Of a stretch of 64,000 bases of DNA, positions 1 to 9,032 are shown one piece after another. The stretch comes from an uncultured delta proteobacterium (GTDB taxonomy: Bacteria; Myxococcota; Myxococcia; Myxococcales; Myxococcaceae): contig CAVZMH010000017.1 of NCBI GenBank assembly GCA_963776345.1, positions 96,001 to 160,000 on the forward strand, read 5' to 3'. Position 1 is the stretch's first letter. Each line of letters starts with the position of its first letter. Both the position numbers and the translations under genes were made by a program. The notes under the pieces are model-generated. The model ran no database searches. It was not told where the DNA came from and saw only the letters and a program-made list of their open reading frames with translations.

Positions 1-489
1 GGTGGTGATGCCGGCACAGAGCAGCGGCGCCGCCCCGGCGGGGTCCAGGCCCGCGGGGATGCGGAGGGTGAAGCTCTCGCGGACCACCACCTGCGTGGAG
101 TACCCGCCGTAGGTCGGCGTCTTCCGGTCCATCTCCGTGCCGTTGTAGGTGAAGGCCGGGCCCTGGGTGCAGAACTGCTCGGTCCCACGGCGGCACGGAT
201 CGCACTTGCCGCACGAGTCGACCATGCAGCCCACCCCGGCCAGGTCCCCGACCTTGAACTTGGTGACCCCCTGCCCCACGCGGGTGACGCGCCCGATGAT
301 CTCGTGCCCCGGCACCATCGGGAACCTCGCGCCACCCCACTCGTCGCGAGCCTGGTGGATGTCGGAGTGGCAGACGCCACAGAAGAGAATCTCCATCTGC
401 ACGTCGCCCGGGCCGGGCTCCCGGCGGTCGACGGTGAAGGGGGCGAGCGGCGCACTCGCGGAGGGCGCGGCGTAGGCGGGCACTTTCAT
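1..489 (-). CDS. Zn-dependent NAD(P) alcohol dehydrogenase (cinnamyl-ADH/YahK-like), runs off the window edge
   Basis: Own translation from ATG at 489: MKVPAYAAPSASAPLAPFTVDRREP...CGVCHSD...GHE...CMVDSCGKCDPC; AGGAG RBS upstream. Confidence 0.92.
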   Translation of the reverse strand, partial: MKVPAYAAPSASAPLAPFTVDRREPGPGDVQMEILFCGVCHSDIHQARDEWGGARFPMVPGHEIIGRVTRVGQGVTKFKVGDLAGVGCMVDSCGKCDPCRRGTEQFCTQGPAFTYNGTEMDRKTPTYGGYSTQVVVRESFTLRIPAGLDPAGAAPLLCAGITT

Positions 490-618
490 CGATTGCTCCT
501 GGCACGAGGGAAGGTCTCGGGCCGGTCCCTCTTCTGACGGCCGACTCGCGGCGCAGCTACCTAAAGCGCTGCAAGCGCCTTGCAGGATTGCTTCAAGAAC
601 GCTCGACGCCGGCCGGGC

Positions 619-948
619 TCACCTCACCGGCGCGAGCAGCTCGGCCAGGCTGACCCGGGTGGCGTGGACGCCCAGGCACACCGCCGCCACGCCCACGCAG
701 GCGAACCAGGCCGGGACCAGGAACGCCTTTCGCCGGTGCTCGAACTGCCCCACCGCGAACCAGGCCACGTAGGCCGGGATGAGCAGCACCATCAGCCCCG
801 TCCCCAGGCTCCGGGCGAACGCGTGCCGGAGGATGGGGAGGGTCAGCGCCGCCGCGGCGATCGAGAAGAGTGCACCCGTCCAGGCCATCATCGTGCGAAG
901 GTCCCCTGCCCAGGGGAGGTCTCTATACATGAGCACAGTCCGCAGCAT
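619..948 (-). CDS. Small hypothetical membrane protein
   Basis: 109-aa ORF with about three hydrophobic segments; start uncertain. Confidence 0.6.
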   Translation of the reverse strand: MLRTVLMYRDLPWAGDLRTMMAWTGALFSIAAAALTLPILRHAFARSLGTGLMVLLIPAYVAWFAVGQFEHRRKAFLVPAWFACVGVAAVCLGVHATRVSLAELLAPVR

Positions 949-1128
949 CCTGCTTCTGGGTCCTGTTCGGTGCCCTCGCGCGGCACCTGGGCCGGCGGGG
1001 TCATCGCCCGAGCTTCCTGCCCTGGTTCAACACCCCGGGAGCGGGAATCCAGGTCCCAGTGCGCTTGCGAGCCGCTGGCCATCAGCACCGTCTCGGCCAC
1101 ATGCTCACCTTCGAGGCTCGGGGGATGC

Positions 1129-1471
1129 TCACCGGCGCCATCGTGTTCGCGGTGCTCGGCCTCGTCCTCGGGGCCGGACGGAAGCGGAAGGTCGAGCCGC
1201 CCGCCCCGGCGACGCCGCCCCCGGCCGCCGCCTGACCAGCGCCACCTTCTCGGTCCGTGACAGCCGCTTCAGCGCCGCCTCCCGCCTCAGGGCGGCGCTG
1301 CGGTCGGCCGCCGGCTCGGCGTAGACCAGCCGGACAGGCAGCCTGCTCCGGGTGTACGCCGCGCCCCGACCCGCGCCGGTGCACCCGGAGCCGCGCATCC
1401 AGGTCGTTGGTCGCCCCGGTGTACAGCGAGCCGTCGCGGCAGCGGAGCATGTAGACGCACCAGTCGTGCAT
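1129..1471 (-). pseudogene. GIY-YIG nuclease (YhbQ/UPF0213-like), frameshifted
   Basis: N-half WCVYMLRCRDGSLYTGATNDLDARLRVH in ORF 1082..1471; C-half GRGAAYTRSRLPVRLVYAE...AALRREAALKRL in ORF 1129..1509; one extra base near 1375-1380. Confidence 0.85.
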
Positions 1472-1529
1472 CGCAGGAGAGGGCAGGCTGGCCAGCCCCG
1501 GTGGCCCATGCTACGGCACCGGGCCGCCC

Positions 1530-2621
1530 ATGGCCCGTTTCCTCCTGTCCTCTCTCGCCGTCCTTGCCCTCCTCGCCTGCCAGAAGGGCAGCTCCGCCGA
1601 ACGCGTCACCATCGACCTCGCCCCCAAGAGCACCGGCACGCCGGTGGCGACGTTCAAGGGCGGCGCGCTGACGGTCGAGGACGTGAACCGGCAGCTGACC
1701 AACCTCCCGCCGATGGTCCGCATGCGACTGCAGGGCGCGGCCGCCCGGAAGGACTTCGTCGAGGGCCTGGTCCGGGTGGAGCTGCTCTCGCGCCAGGCGC
1801 TCCGCGAGGGGCTGCAGAACGACCCGGAGGTGGTCGAGACGTTCAAGAAGACGCTGGCCCAGAAGGTGTACCTGCAGGAGCTGGAGAAGGCCGCGCCCCA
1901 GCCCACCGACGACGAGGTGAAGGCCTGGTACGACGGCCACCTCGCGGAGTTCCAGCGCCCGGAGATGGTCCAGGTGCAGGACCTCTTCCTCGCCGCGGAC
2001 AGCCACGACGCCGCCCGGCGCAAGGCCCGCTCGTCCGAGGCGGAGAAGCTCCGGACCAAGGCCCGCGGTCTCAAAGCCGACGACGAGAAGGGGTTCGGCG
2101 ACCTGGTGAAGGCGAGCTCGGACGACGCGCTCACCAAGGCGGTCGGCGGCGACCTCCGGCCGATGCCCCTCGGAGATCTCACCGCCCGCTACGGAGCCGA
2201 GGTCGCCGAGGCCGCCAAGCGGCTCCAGACGACCGGGGAGATCTCCCCGGTGGTCGCGACCGAGAAGGGCTTCCACGTGCTCCGGCTCAAGGCCCGGATG
2301 CCGGCACACGCGCTCCCGCTCGACGAGGTGAAGATGCAGATCAAGAACCGGCTCTACGGCGAGCGGCGCACCGCGGCCAACGACGCGCTGATGACCCGGC
2401 TCAAGACCGAGGCCGGCTACACCCTGGACGAGGCCGCGCTCGCCCAGATCTCCATCCCGTCGCCAGGCGGGCCGGGCATGCAGGGGCCGGGGCCTCACGG
2501 GATGGGTGGCGGGCCGGGCATGCAGGGGCAGGGGCCCCGCGGGATGGGCGGCGGGCCGGGCCCCGGGCACCCGCCCATGCCCGGACCGCCTCCGCCCGGC
2601 GGGCCGCCTCCGACGAGATGA
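1530..2621 (+). CDS. PpiC/PrsA-type peptidyl-prolyl isomerase lipoprotein with Gly/Pro/Met-rich tail
   Basis: Lipobox LLAC; parvulin-like GGDL...GEISPVVATEKGFHVLRL. Confidence 0.85.
   Translation: MARFLLSSLAVLALLACQKGSSAERVTIDLAPKSTGTPVATFKGGALTVEDVNRQLTNLPPMVRMRLQGAAARKDFVEGLVRVELLSRQALREGLQNDPEVVETFKKTLAQKVYLQELEKAAPQPTDDEVKAWYDGHLAEFQRPEMVQVQDLFLAADSHDAARRKARSSEAEKLRTKARGLKADDEKGFGDLVKASSDDALTKAVGGDLRPMPLGDLTARYGAEVAEAAKRLQTTGEISPVVATEKGFHVLRLKARMPAHALPLDEVKMQIKNRLYGERRTAANDALMTRLKTEAGYTLDEAALAQISIPSPGGPGMQGPGPHGMGGGPGMQGQGPRGMGGGPGPGHPPMPGPPPPGGPPPTR
2466..2561 (+). repeat. 42-bp in-frame tandem repeat (about 2.3 copies) encoding GGPGMQGxGPxGMG
   Basis: Units 2466-2507, 2508-2549 and partial 2550-2561. 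Confidence 0.85.
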
Positions 2622-3604
2622 GCCGGATCCCTGCCTGCGCAGCGGCGGGGCTCCTGCTGCTCGCCGCCGGCTGCCACCGCCGGCCACCCCAGGACCCGAG
2701 CGCCGCCCCGGTGGCCTGGGTGAACGGGCAGGTCATCCCCCGGGCGGAATTCGAGCGGGAGCTGGCCCGTTCTCTCGAGCTGGCCGATGGCACCAGCGCG
2801 CCCGCGCCCGATCAGCTCGCGGCGCTCCGGCGCACCGTGCTCCAGGCGGGGGTGGACCGGCTCCTCTTCCTCCAGGAGGGGGCGAGGCGGAAGCTGGAGA
2901 TTTCCCCGGCCGACGTGGAGGAACGGCTGCAGCGGATGCAGGCCGACTGGCCCCCGGAGGAGTTCGCGGCGGTGCTGACCCAGCGGCAGCAAACGGTGGA
3001 CGAGCTCCGCGCCGAGCTCCGGGCGCAGCTGGTCCAGGAGCGGCTCTTCCACGAGCTGGTGTACCCCCGGGTGGCGGTCACCGAGGAGGAGATCCGCGCC
3101 GAGCTCCAGGCCCATCCCGAGCTGCTCCAGGAGCCGGAGCAGGTGCACGCGGCGCAGATCGTGGTGAAGGAGCTCGACCAGGCGAAGGAGATCCGCACCA
3201 GGCTTCGCGAGGGGGCGAAGTTCGCCGACCTGGCCCGGGAGCGCTCGCTCTCCGCCGACGCCAAGGACGGCGGCGACCTGGGCTGGTTCCCGCGGGGGGT
3301 GATGCCGCCCCAGTTCGACGAAGTGGCTTTCTCGCTCGGGCCAGGGCAGATCTCCGACGTGGTGGCCACCGACTACGGGTTCCACATCTTCAAGCTGCTC
3401 GAGCGCCGACCCGCCCGAAAGAAGGACCTCGCCGCGGTGCGGGCGGAGGTCGAGCGCCGCCTCCTGCGGGCGAAGCAGGAGCAGGCCCAGACCGATTTCG
3501 TGGCCCAGCTTCGCTCGAAGGCCGACATCCGCATCAACGAGTCGCTGGTGGCGCAGGTCGTACCCCACGCGCCGGCCGGGCAGGCTCAGGAGACCCATCG
3601 ATGA
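2618..3604 (+). CDS. PpiC-type peptidyl-prolyl isomerase lipoprotein
   Basis: ATGA overlap with upstream stop; LAAGC lipobox; FADLARERS...GGDLGWF...DYGFHIFKL. Confidence 0.9.
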   Translation: MSRIPACAAAGLLLLAAGCHRRPPQDPSAAPVAWVNGQVIPRAEFERELARSLELADGTSAPAPDQLAALRRTVLQAGVDRLLFLQEGARRKLEISPADVEERLQRMQADWPPEEFAAVLTQRQQTVDELRAELRAQLVQERLFHELVYPRVAVTEEEIRAELQAHPELLQEPEQVHAAQIVVKELDQAKEIRTRLREGAKFADLARERSLSADAKDGGDLGWFPRGVMPPQFDEVAFSLGPGQISDVVATDYGFHIFKLLERRPARKKDLAAVRAEVERRLLRAKQEQAQTDFVAQLRSKADIRINESLVAQVVPHAPAGQAQETHR

Positions 3605-4569
3605 CCCGTTTCATCCGGGCCGGACTCGCCGGGATTCTGGTGTTGGCCGCGCCGCGCGCCCGAGCCGAGCTGGTCGACCGCGTCGCCGCGGTGGTGAACA
3701 ACGACATCATCACCCTGTCCGAGGTCGAGAAGCGTGCCGCCCCCGAGCTGGCGAGGGTGGACCAGGAAGCCACCGGATCCGACCGGGCCCAGAAGCGCGC
3801 CGCGGCGATGAAGAAGATCCTCGACACGATGATCGACGAGAAGCTCGTCGACATGGAGCTCAAGGAGCTCAAGGTCACCATCACCGACAAGGAGGTCGAC
3901 GCCGCCGTCGACGAGGTGAAGAAGAGCTACAACCTGACCGACGAGCAGCTCCAGCAGGCCGTGTCTCGCGAGGGCTACACCATCGCCGAGTACCGCGAGC
4001 AGATGCGGAAGCAGATCGGCCGCTACAAGCTGATCAGCGAGAAGGTCCGGAAGAACGTGAAGGTGTCCGAGGCCGATGTGAAGACCGAGTACGACCGGAT
4101 GACCCGCGCCGAGGGCGAGGACTACGAGGTCCACGTCCGCCACATCCTCATCGCCATCCCGAGGAACGCCTCGCAGCCGCAGGTGGACCAGGCCAAGCGC
4201 AAGGCCGCCGCGGTGGCCCAGGAAGCCCGCCAGCCCGGGGTCGACTTCGCCGAGCTGGCGAAGAAGCGCAGCGAGGGGAGCAGCTCGTCCGACGGCGGCG
4301 ACCTCGGCTTCTTCAAGCGCGGCACCATGGTCCCCGAGTTCGAGCGGGTGGCGTTCAATCTCAAGAGCGGCGAGGTGTCGGAGCCGGTGCGGACCCAGTT
4401 CGGCTGGCACGTGCTGAAGCTGGAGGAGATCCGGAAGCTCGGCACCAAGCCGCTGGCCGAGGCCCGTCCGGAGATCGAGGAGCGCCTCCGCCGCCAGCAG
4501 GCCGAGCGGCTGACGTCGCAGTACATGGAGACGCTCCGCAACGCCGCGGTGGTGGAGAAGAAGATCTGA
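3601..4569 (+). CDS. surA: SurA-like chaperone/PPIase
   Basis: LVDRVAAVVNNDIITLSE N-domain; VRHILI, GGDLGFF, TQFGWHVLK; followed by pdxA. Confidence 0.85.
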   Translation: MTRFIRAGLAGILVLAAPRARAELVDRVAAVVNNDIITLSEVEKRAAPELARVDQEATGSDRAQKRAAAMKKILDTMIDEKLVDMELKELKVTITDKEVDAAVDEVKKSYNLTDEQLQQAVSREGYTIAEYREQMRKQIGRYKLISEKVRKNVKVSEADVKTEYDRMTRAEGEDYEVHVRHILIAIPRNASQPQVDQAKRKAAAVAQEARQPGVDFAELAKKRSEGSSSSDGGDLGFFKRGTMVPEFERVAFNLKSGEVSEPVRTQFGWHVLKLEEIRKLGTKPLAEARPEIEERLRRQQAERLTSQYMETLRNAAVVEKKI

Positions 4570-5601
4570 GCCGGGCCCCCGCGGCCGGCCGTCCGCGGGT
4601 CGGCATCTCGCTGGGCGACCCCTCCGGCATCGGTCCCGAGGTGGTGGACCGCGCGCTGGCGTATCCCGCCGTCCGGAGGGCGTTGGTCCCGGTGGTGTTC
4701 GGGGATGGGCCGACGTTCGAGCGCTTCGCGGCGCTCCGCCGTCTCCCCACCGGTCGAGCCGGGCGGGGCGCTCCCCGCCGCGGGGCCGGCGCGGGTGGCG
4801 GTCACGGCGCTCGCCGCGAAGGACCGCGTGCCCGGCCGGCCGTCACGGGCGGGTGGCAAGGCCCAGCTGGCGTACGTGAGGGCGGCGGTGGAGGCCGCGC
4901 TCCGGGGCGAGCTGGAGGCGCTGTGCACCGCGCCGGTCTCCAAGGAGCAGATCACCCGGGCGGGGGTGCGCTTCATGGGCCACACCGAGCTGCTGGCCGA
5001 GGCCTTCGGCCGCGAGGTGTTGATGCTGATGGACGGGCCGCGGGTGAAGGTGGCGCTGGCGACGAACCACCTCGCGCTCCGCGACGTCCCGGGCGCGCTG
5101 GAGAAGGGGCGGCTGGCGGCGCAGCTGCAGCTGCTGTCCGCGTCGCTGCAGCCGGTGCTCGGCCGGCGGCCGCGCATCGCGGTCTGCGGGCTCAACCCCC
5201 ATGCCGGGGAGGGCGGGCTGCTCGGCGACGAGGAGGTGCGGACGGTCGCGCCGGCCATCGCGCTGGCGCGGCGGCGGGGCGTCGACTGCACCGGTCCCTG
5301 GCCTGCCGATGGGCTGTTCGCCCGTCCCGACCACATGCCCGCCGACGTGGTGCTGGCGATGTACCACGACCAGGCGCTGGTGGTGGCCAAGGCGCTGGAC
5401 TTCGACCGCACGGTGAACGTGACGCTCGGGCTGCCCGTTCCGCGGACCTCCCCCGACCACGGCGTGGCCTACGCGCTCGCCGGGAAGAGGCGGGCCAGCG
5501 CCGAGCCGATGATCGCCGCGCTGCTCAAGGCCGCCCAGCTCGCGGCGCCCCGTCGACGGGTGCCCGGGCGTGCCGCCTCCACGGCGCGGCGGAGCGCCTA
5601 G
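4566..5601 (+). CDS. pdxA: 4-hydroxythreonine-4-phosphate dehydrogenase, frameshifted near 4745; probable CTG start
   Basis: N-terminal GISLGDPSGIGPEV in one frame; TAPVSK, GHTE, GLNPHAGE, MYHDQ, RTSPDHG in the next frame. Confidence 0.9.
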
Positions 5602-5621
5602 GGTCGCCGCGGCCGGGCGCC

Positions 5622-6791
5622 TCAGCCCGCCGGGGTGAGCGTGATCTCGGCGATCTCCGGCGTGGAGAACAGGCGCATCGGCGGTCCCCAGAAGCCGGTT
5701 CCACGGTGCGCGTAGACCCAGACGCCGAGCAGCTTGCGGAGCCCCCGCACCACCGGCTGCTGCAGCCGGACGAAGAGGTGGAAGGGGAAGATTTGCCCGC
5801 CGTGGGTGTGTCCCGAGAGCAGGAGGTCCACCCCGTGCGGGGCCGCGCCGGTCACCGCGCGGGGCTGGTGGGCGAGCAGGACGCGAGGAACTCCCTCCGG
5901 CGCGCCGACGAAGACCAGCTCCGGGCGGCTCTGGTGATCGGCGTGGAAGCGGCCACCGTGCAGGTCGGGCATGCCGCCGATGACCAGCGAGCCACCTTCT
6001 CGCTCGACGACGCGGTGCTCGTTGTGCAGCACCGTGAGGCCCAGCTGCTCGACCATCCGCAGCGACTCGCGGACGCCCCAGTAGTACTCGTGGTTGCCGG
6101 TGACGAAGTACACCCCGTGCGGCGCATCGAGATCTGCCAGCGGCCGCAGCGCGCTCTCCACGACGTGCGACGGGCCGTCCACCAGGTCGCCGGTGATGGC
6201 CACCACGTCGGGCCGGAGCGCGTTCACCCGGTCCACCACCCGGCGGAGGAAGTCCTCGCCGATCCGGTCCCCGATGTGCAGGTCGCTGATCTGCACGATG
6301 CGCAGACCGGCGACGCCCGGGGCCAGCCTCTCCAGAGGCACCCGCACCCGGCTCAGGACCAGCCGCGTCCGCGCCGTCCAGATGGCGAACGGGACCAGCA
6401 GCGCGGTGCCGGCGGCGATGACCAGTGCCTGCACCCGCGCCTGCTGCAGCTGCGCCGCGGCGTCCGGCCACCTGTGCAGCAGCCCGTACAGCAGCCGTCC
6501 CAGATCCGTGACGGCGGTGACGGTGAGCAGCACGCCCGAGGTGCCGAGCCAGGCGATGGCCAGCGGCGGGAACACCCGGCTCGGCCAGCCGCGGTCGCGC
6601 CGGCTGAAGACGAAGCCCACCGGAACCGCGACGAAGAGGAGCGCGAGGAGCACGCACCCGGCGATCGTCACCCCCAGCGGCAGCACCGGATCCACGAACA
6701 GCCGGCGGGCGACGTACGCGTGAAGAAGCGCGAACACCGCGCTGGCGGTGAGGAAGGGTGCGAGGAAGCCGGACCGGCGAGGGGGCGTCAT
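5622..6791 (-). CDS. Membrane-anchored metallophosphoesterase (YkuE-like)
   Basis: N-terminal TM segments; SDLH, TGDLVD, TGNHE, LAHQP, SGHTHGGQ. Confidence 0.92.
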   Translation of the reverse strand: MTPPRRSGFLAPFLTASAVFALLHAYVARRLFVDPVLPLGVTIAGCVLLALLFVAVPVGFVFSRRDRGWPSRVFPPLAIAWLGTSGVLLTVTAVTDLGRLLYGLLHRWPDAAAQLQQARVQALVIAAGTALLVPFAIWTARTRLVLSRVRVPLERLAPGVAGLRIVQISDLHIGDRIGEDFLRRVVDRVNALRPDVVAITGDLVDGPSHVVESALRPLADLDAPHGVYFVTGNHEYYWGVRESLRMVEQLGLTVLHNEHRVVEREGGSLVIGGMPDLHGGRFHADHQSRPELVFVGAPEGVPRVLLAHQPRAVTGAAPHGVDLLLSGHTHGGQIFPFHLFVRLQQPVVRGLRKLLGVWVYAHRGTGFWGPPMRLFSTPEIAEITLTPAG

Positions 6792-6974
6792 ACAGTGGCG
6801 GGGAGGGCTAACGGGTACAGCCCTTTCCTGCATGCGCCCGAGCCGCGGGCCGAGCAGGTAACTGCCCGGAAAGGAACCCTTCCCGGGGCCCGAAGCAATC
6901 GCCGGAGACGGTGGTCGTCTCCAGGGCACGGCGGTGATGAGTCGCCGCCGGTGAGGGAAGGAAACGCAGCAGTC

Positions 6975-7160
6975 ATGAACTCGATCATCTCGGAAAAGCG
7001 ATTCGCCTTCGTCGCGCTGCCGCTCCTGCTCGCGACCCTCGCACTGTTCTACGTGCTGGGGGCGGCCGCGCTCTTCGCCGAGGCGGCCCAGGCGCACCAG
7101 GACATCGCGCGGCACGGGCGTGGTGAGCTCGTCTCGCCGGTCATCGAAGTCCGCGGGTAG
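6975..7160 (+). CDS. Small single-TM hypothetical protein (61 aa)
   Basis: MNSIISEKRFAFVALPLLLATLALFYVLGAAALF...; purine-rich upstream tract. Confidence 0.55.
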   Translation: MNSIISEKRFAFVALPLLLATLALFYVLGAAALFAEAAQAHQDIARHGRGELVSPVIEVRG

Positions 7161-7629
7161 CAGGGACCAGCGCGGAGAGCCGGGCCCGGTTCTCCGCCTG
7201 GAAGAACGGCGCGCGCAGCAGGGAGGACAGCGCGCGCTTGGGGATGCACCAGAGCTGGAGTGAATCCTCCCACTCGCCGAGCACCGCCACCGCGCGCACC
7301 TCGGCGTCGCCCCGGAACTCCTCGTTGCACCGCTCGACGAGGTCCCGCGTGTCCCGCACCTCCCAGCTCTCCTCGCCGCGTCCCGCGTCGACGATGAGCG
7401 CGACCTCCGGGTCGTCCCGGACGTCGAGGACCTTGAGGGTGCGCGCGGAGCCGCCGATGCGCTCGCACAGCGGCCCGATCAGCTCATCGGGCCGGAGGTC
7501 GAGCGCGATGCTGAGTCCGCCCTCGAGCACCCCGGCGTCGCACAGCGCGGTGAGCGCGTGCGCTTCGGGCGGAACGTGCGCACCCTCGGCGAGGAGTCCC
7601 AGGCGCTCGAGATCGGACTTCAGGGTCAT
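7141..7629 (-). CDS. Hypothetical protein
   Basis: 162-aa ORF with globular-protein composition; no motif recognised. Confidence 0.7.
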   Translation of the reverse strand: MTLKSDLERLGLLAEGAHVPPEAHALTALCDAGVLEGGLSIALDLRPDELIGPLCERIGGSARTLKVLDVRDDPEVALIVDAGRGEESWEVRDTRDLVERCNEEFRGDAEVRAVAVLGEWEDSLQLWCIPKRALSSLLRAPFFQAENRARLSALVPATRGLR

Positions 7630-7708
7630 GGAGGGGTAGGTCTGCCCTGGGGAACGGGTAGGCGCAACCCCTCCGCCTCGTCGAACACTGGCTTGCGGCC
7701 CACGGGCG

Positions 7709-8890
7709 TCAGCTTATCGGTTCCGGAGCGTTTCCTGGTGGGTGCGCCGGTGGCGAATCGACGATCGCCGACTCGGGGGCGACCACCTGGTTCTTGCCGC
7801 GGCGCTTGGCCTCGAGGAGCCGGGCATCCGCCCGCGCCAGCACCGCGTCGAAGGTCCCGCCGTCGGCGGGCCAGCTCGCGACCCCGGCGCTGACCGTCAC
7901 CTGGCGCTGCTCGCGGCCCACCTGGAGCGGGACGCTCGCCAGCTCGATCCGGATGTGCTCCACCCGGAGCCGGGCCTGGTCCACCGCCGTCTCGGGGAAG
8001 GCCACCACGAACTCCTCGCCGCCGAAGCGGGCCACCAGGTCGCTCTTGCGCACCGAGGCCCGGAGCCGCGTGGCCACCAGCTGCAGCGCCCGGTCACCCG
8101 CCGGGTGCCCGAAGGCGTCGTTGAAGGCCTTGAACCCGTCCACGTCGAGGATGGTCACGCTGAGCGGAGCGCCGCGACGCCGGGCCCGGGACAGCTCCTC
8201 GTCCACCCGCTCGACGAACGGCGCCCGCTGCGACAGCCCGGTGAGGTGGTCCACCCCGACCATCAGCCGCAGCCGCTTCGCCCGCTGCGCCACCGCGGCC
8301 ATGATGGTCCCGCCCAGCGCGAGGAGGAGGAAGTGCACCGCCTGGCTCGCCCAGGCGAACTCGCCGTGCTGCTCGTCCTCCAGGCCGAGGGGACCCGCCG
8401 CCAGCCCGATGAGCAGCGCGTACTCGACGATGCTGAGCGCCGCCGTCCAGGCGCAGAGGCGCCAGTCGTAACGGAGCCCGGCGCTCATGATGACCAGGAA
8501 GTACAGCTCGTAGAACGTCCGGGTGTGCGTCGCCGCGTCCGCCCCGCCCTCGAGAAGGACGAACAGCATCGCCCCGGTGGTGATGGTCACGTCGGCGGCG
8601 CAGCTGAGCCACGGGACCCACCCCTCGAGCACCCGGAAGGCGAGCCAGGCCAGCAGCAACGCGTAGAGGATTCCCCCGCCGAGGAGCAGCAGCAGCCTCG
8701 TGGAGTCCGGAGGCGGCGAGATGGAGAGGACGAGCGCGCACAGCCCGGCCACGAGGAACAGCCGCACGCCCGCGACCCACCGCTCGCCCGAGGCCCGGGC
8801 GCGGAGGATCATCTGGTCCGTCTCGGGACCGATCTGCCCGACGAGCGCGGCGAACGCGCGCTGGAGCCAGAGCGTGTCAGGGAGCGCCAC
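7709..8890 (-). CDS. Membrane-bound diguanylate cyclase
   Basis: Several TM helices, DHLTGL, DVDGFKAFNDAFGH, RKSD I-site, GGEEF. Confidence 0.93.
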   Translation of the reverse strand: MALPDTLWLQRAFAALVGQIGPETDQMILRARASGERWVAGVRLFLVAGLCALVLSISPPPDSTRLLLLLGGGILYALLLAWLAFRVLEGWVPWLSCAADVTITTGAMLFVLLEGGADAATHTRTFYELYFLVIMSAGLRYDWRLCAWTAALSIVEYALLIGLAAGPLGLEDEQHGEFAWASQAVHFLLLALGGTIMAAVAQRAKRLRLMVGVDHLTGLSQRAPFVERVDEELSRARRRGAPLSVTILDVDGFKAFNDAFGHPAGDRALQLVATRLRASVRKSDLVARFGGEEFVVAFPETAVDQARLRVEHIRIELASVPLQVGREQRQVTVSAGVASWPADGGTFDAVLARADARLLEAKRRGKNQVVAPESAIVDSPPAHPPGNAPEPIS

Positions 8891-9032
8891 GACGCGCGCG
8901 ACTGTACGGTCCGGCGGGTCGCGTGCGAGCAGAGTCTGCCGTGCCCTGGCGCCCGGCAGCCGGGTCAGCCGGACCCCACGAACGTTCGGTCACCCACGTC
9001 TCCACCGCCAGGGCTTGCCCCCCGAGGGGAGC

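Noticed and set aside
1129..5601. Programmed ribosomal frameshifting in the GIY-YIG gene and pdxA
   Set aside because: No slippery heptamer or stimulatory structure seen; several single-base indels in one window point to sequencing error.
6904..6950. Canonical fluoride riboswitch
   Set aside because: Lacks the conserved GAUG and is not upstream of a fluoride exporter; kept only as an unassigned structured leader.
4641..7160. 839-aa ORF as one protein
   Set aside because: Chance concatenation of the pdxA N-terminal frame, antisense of the phosphoesterase and the small TM gene.
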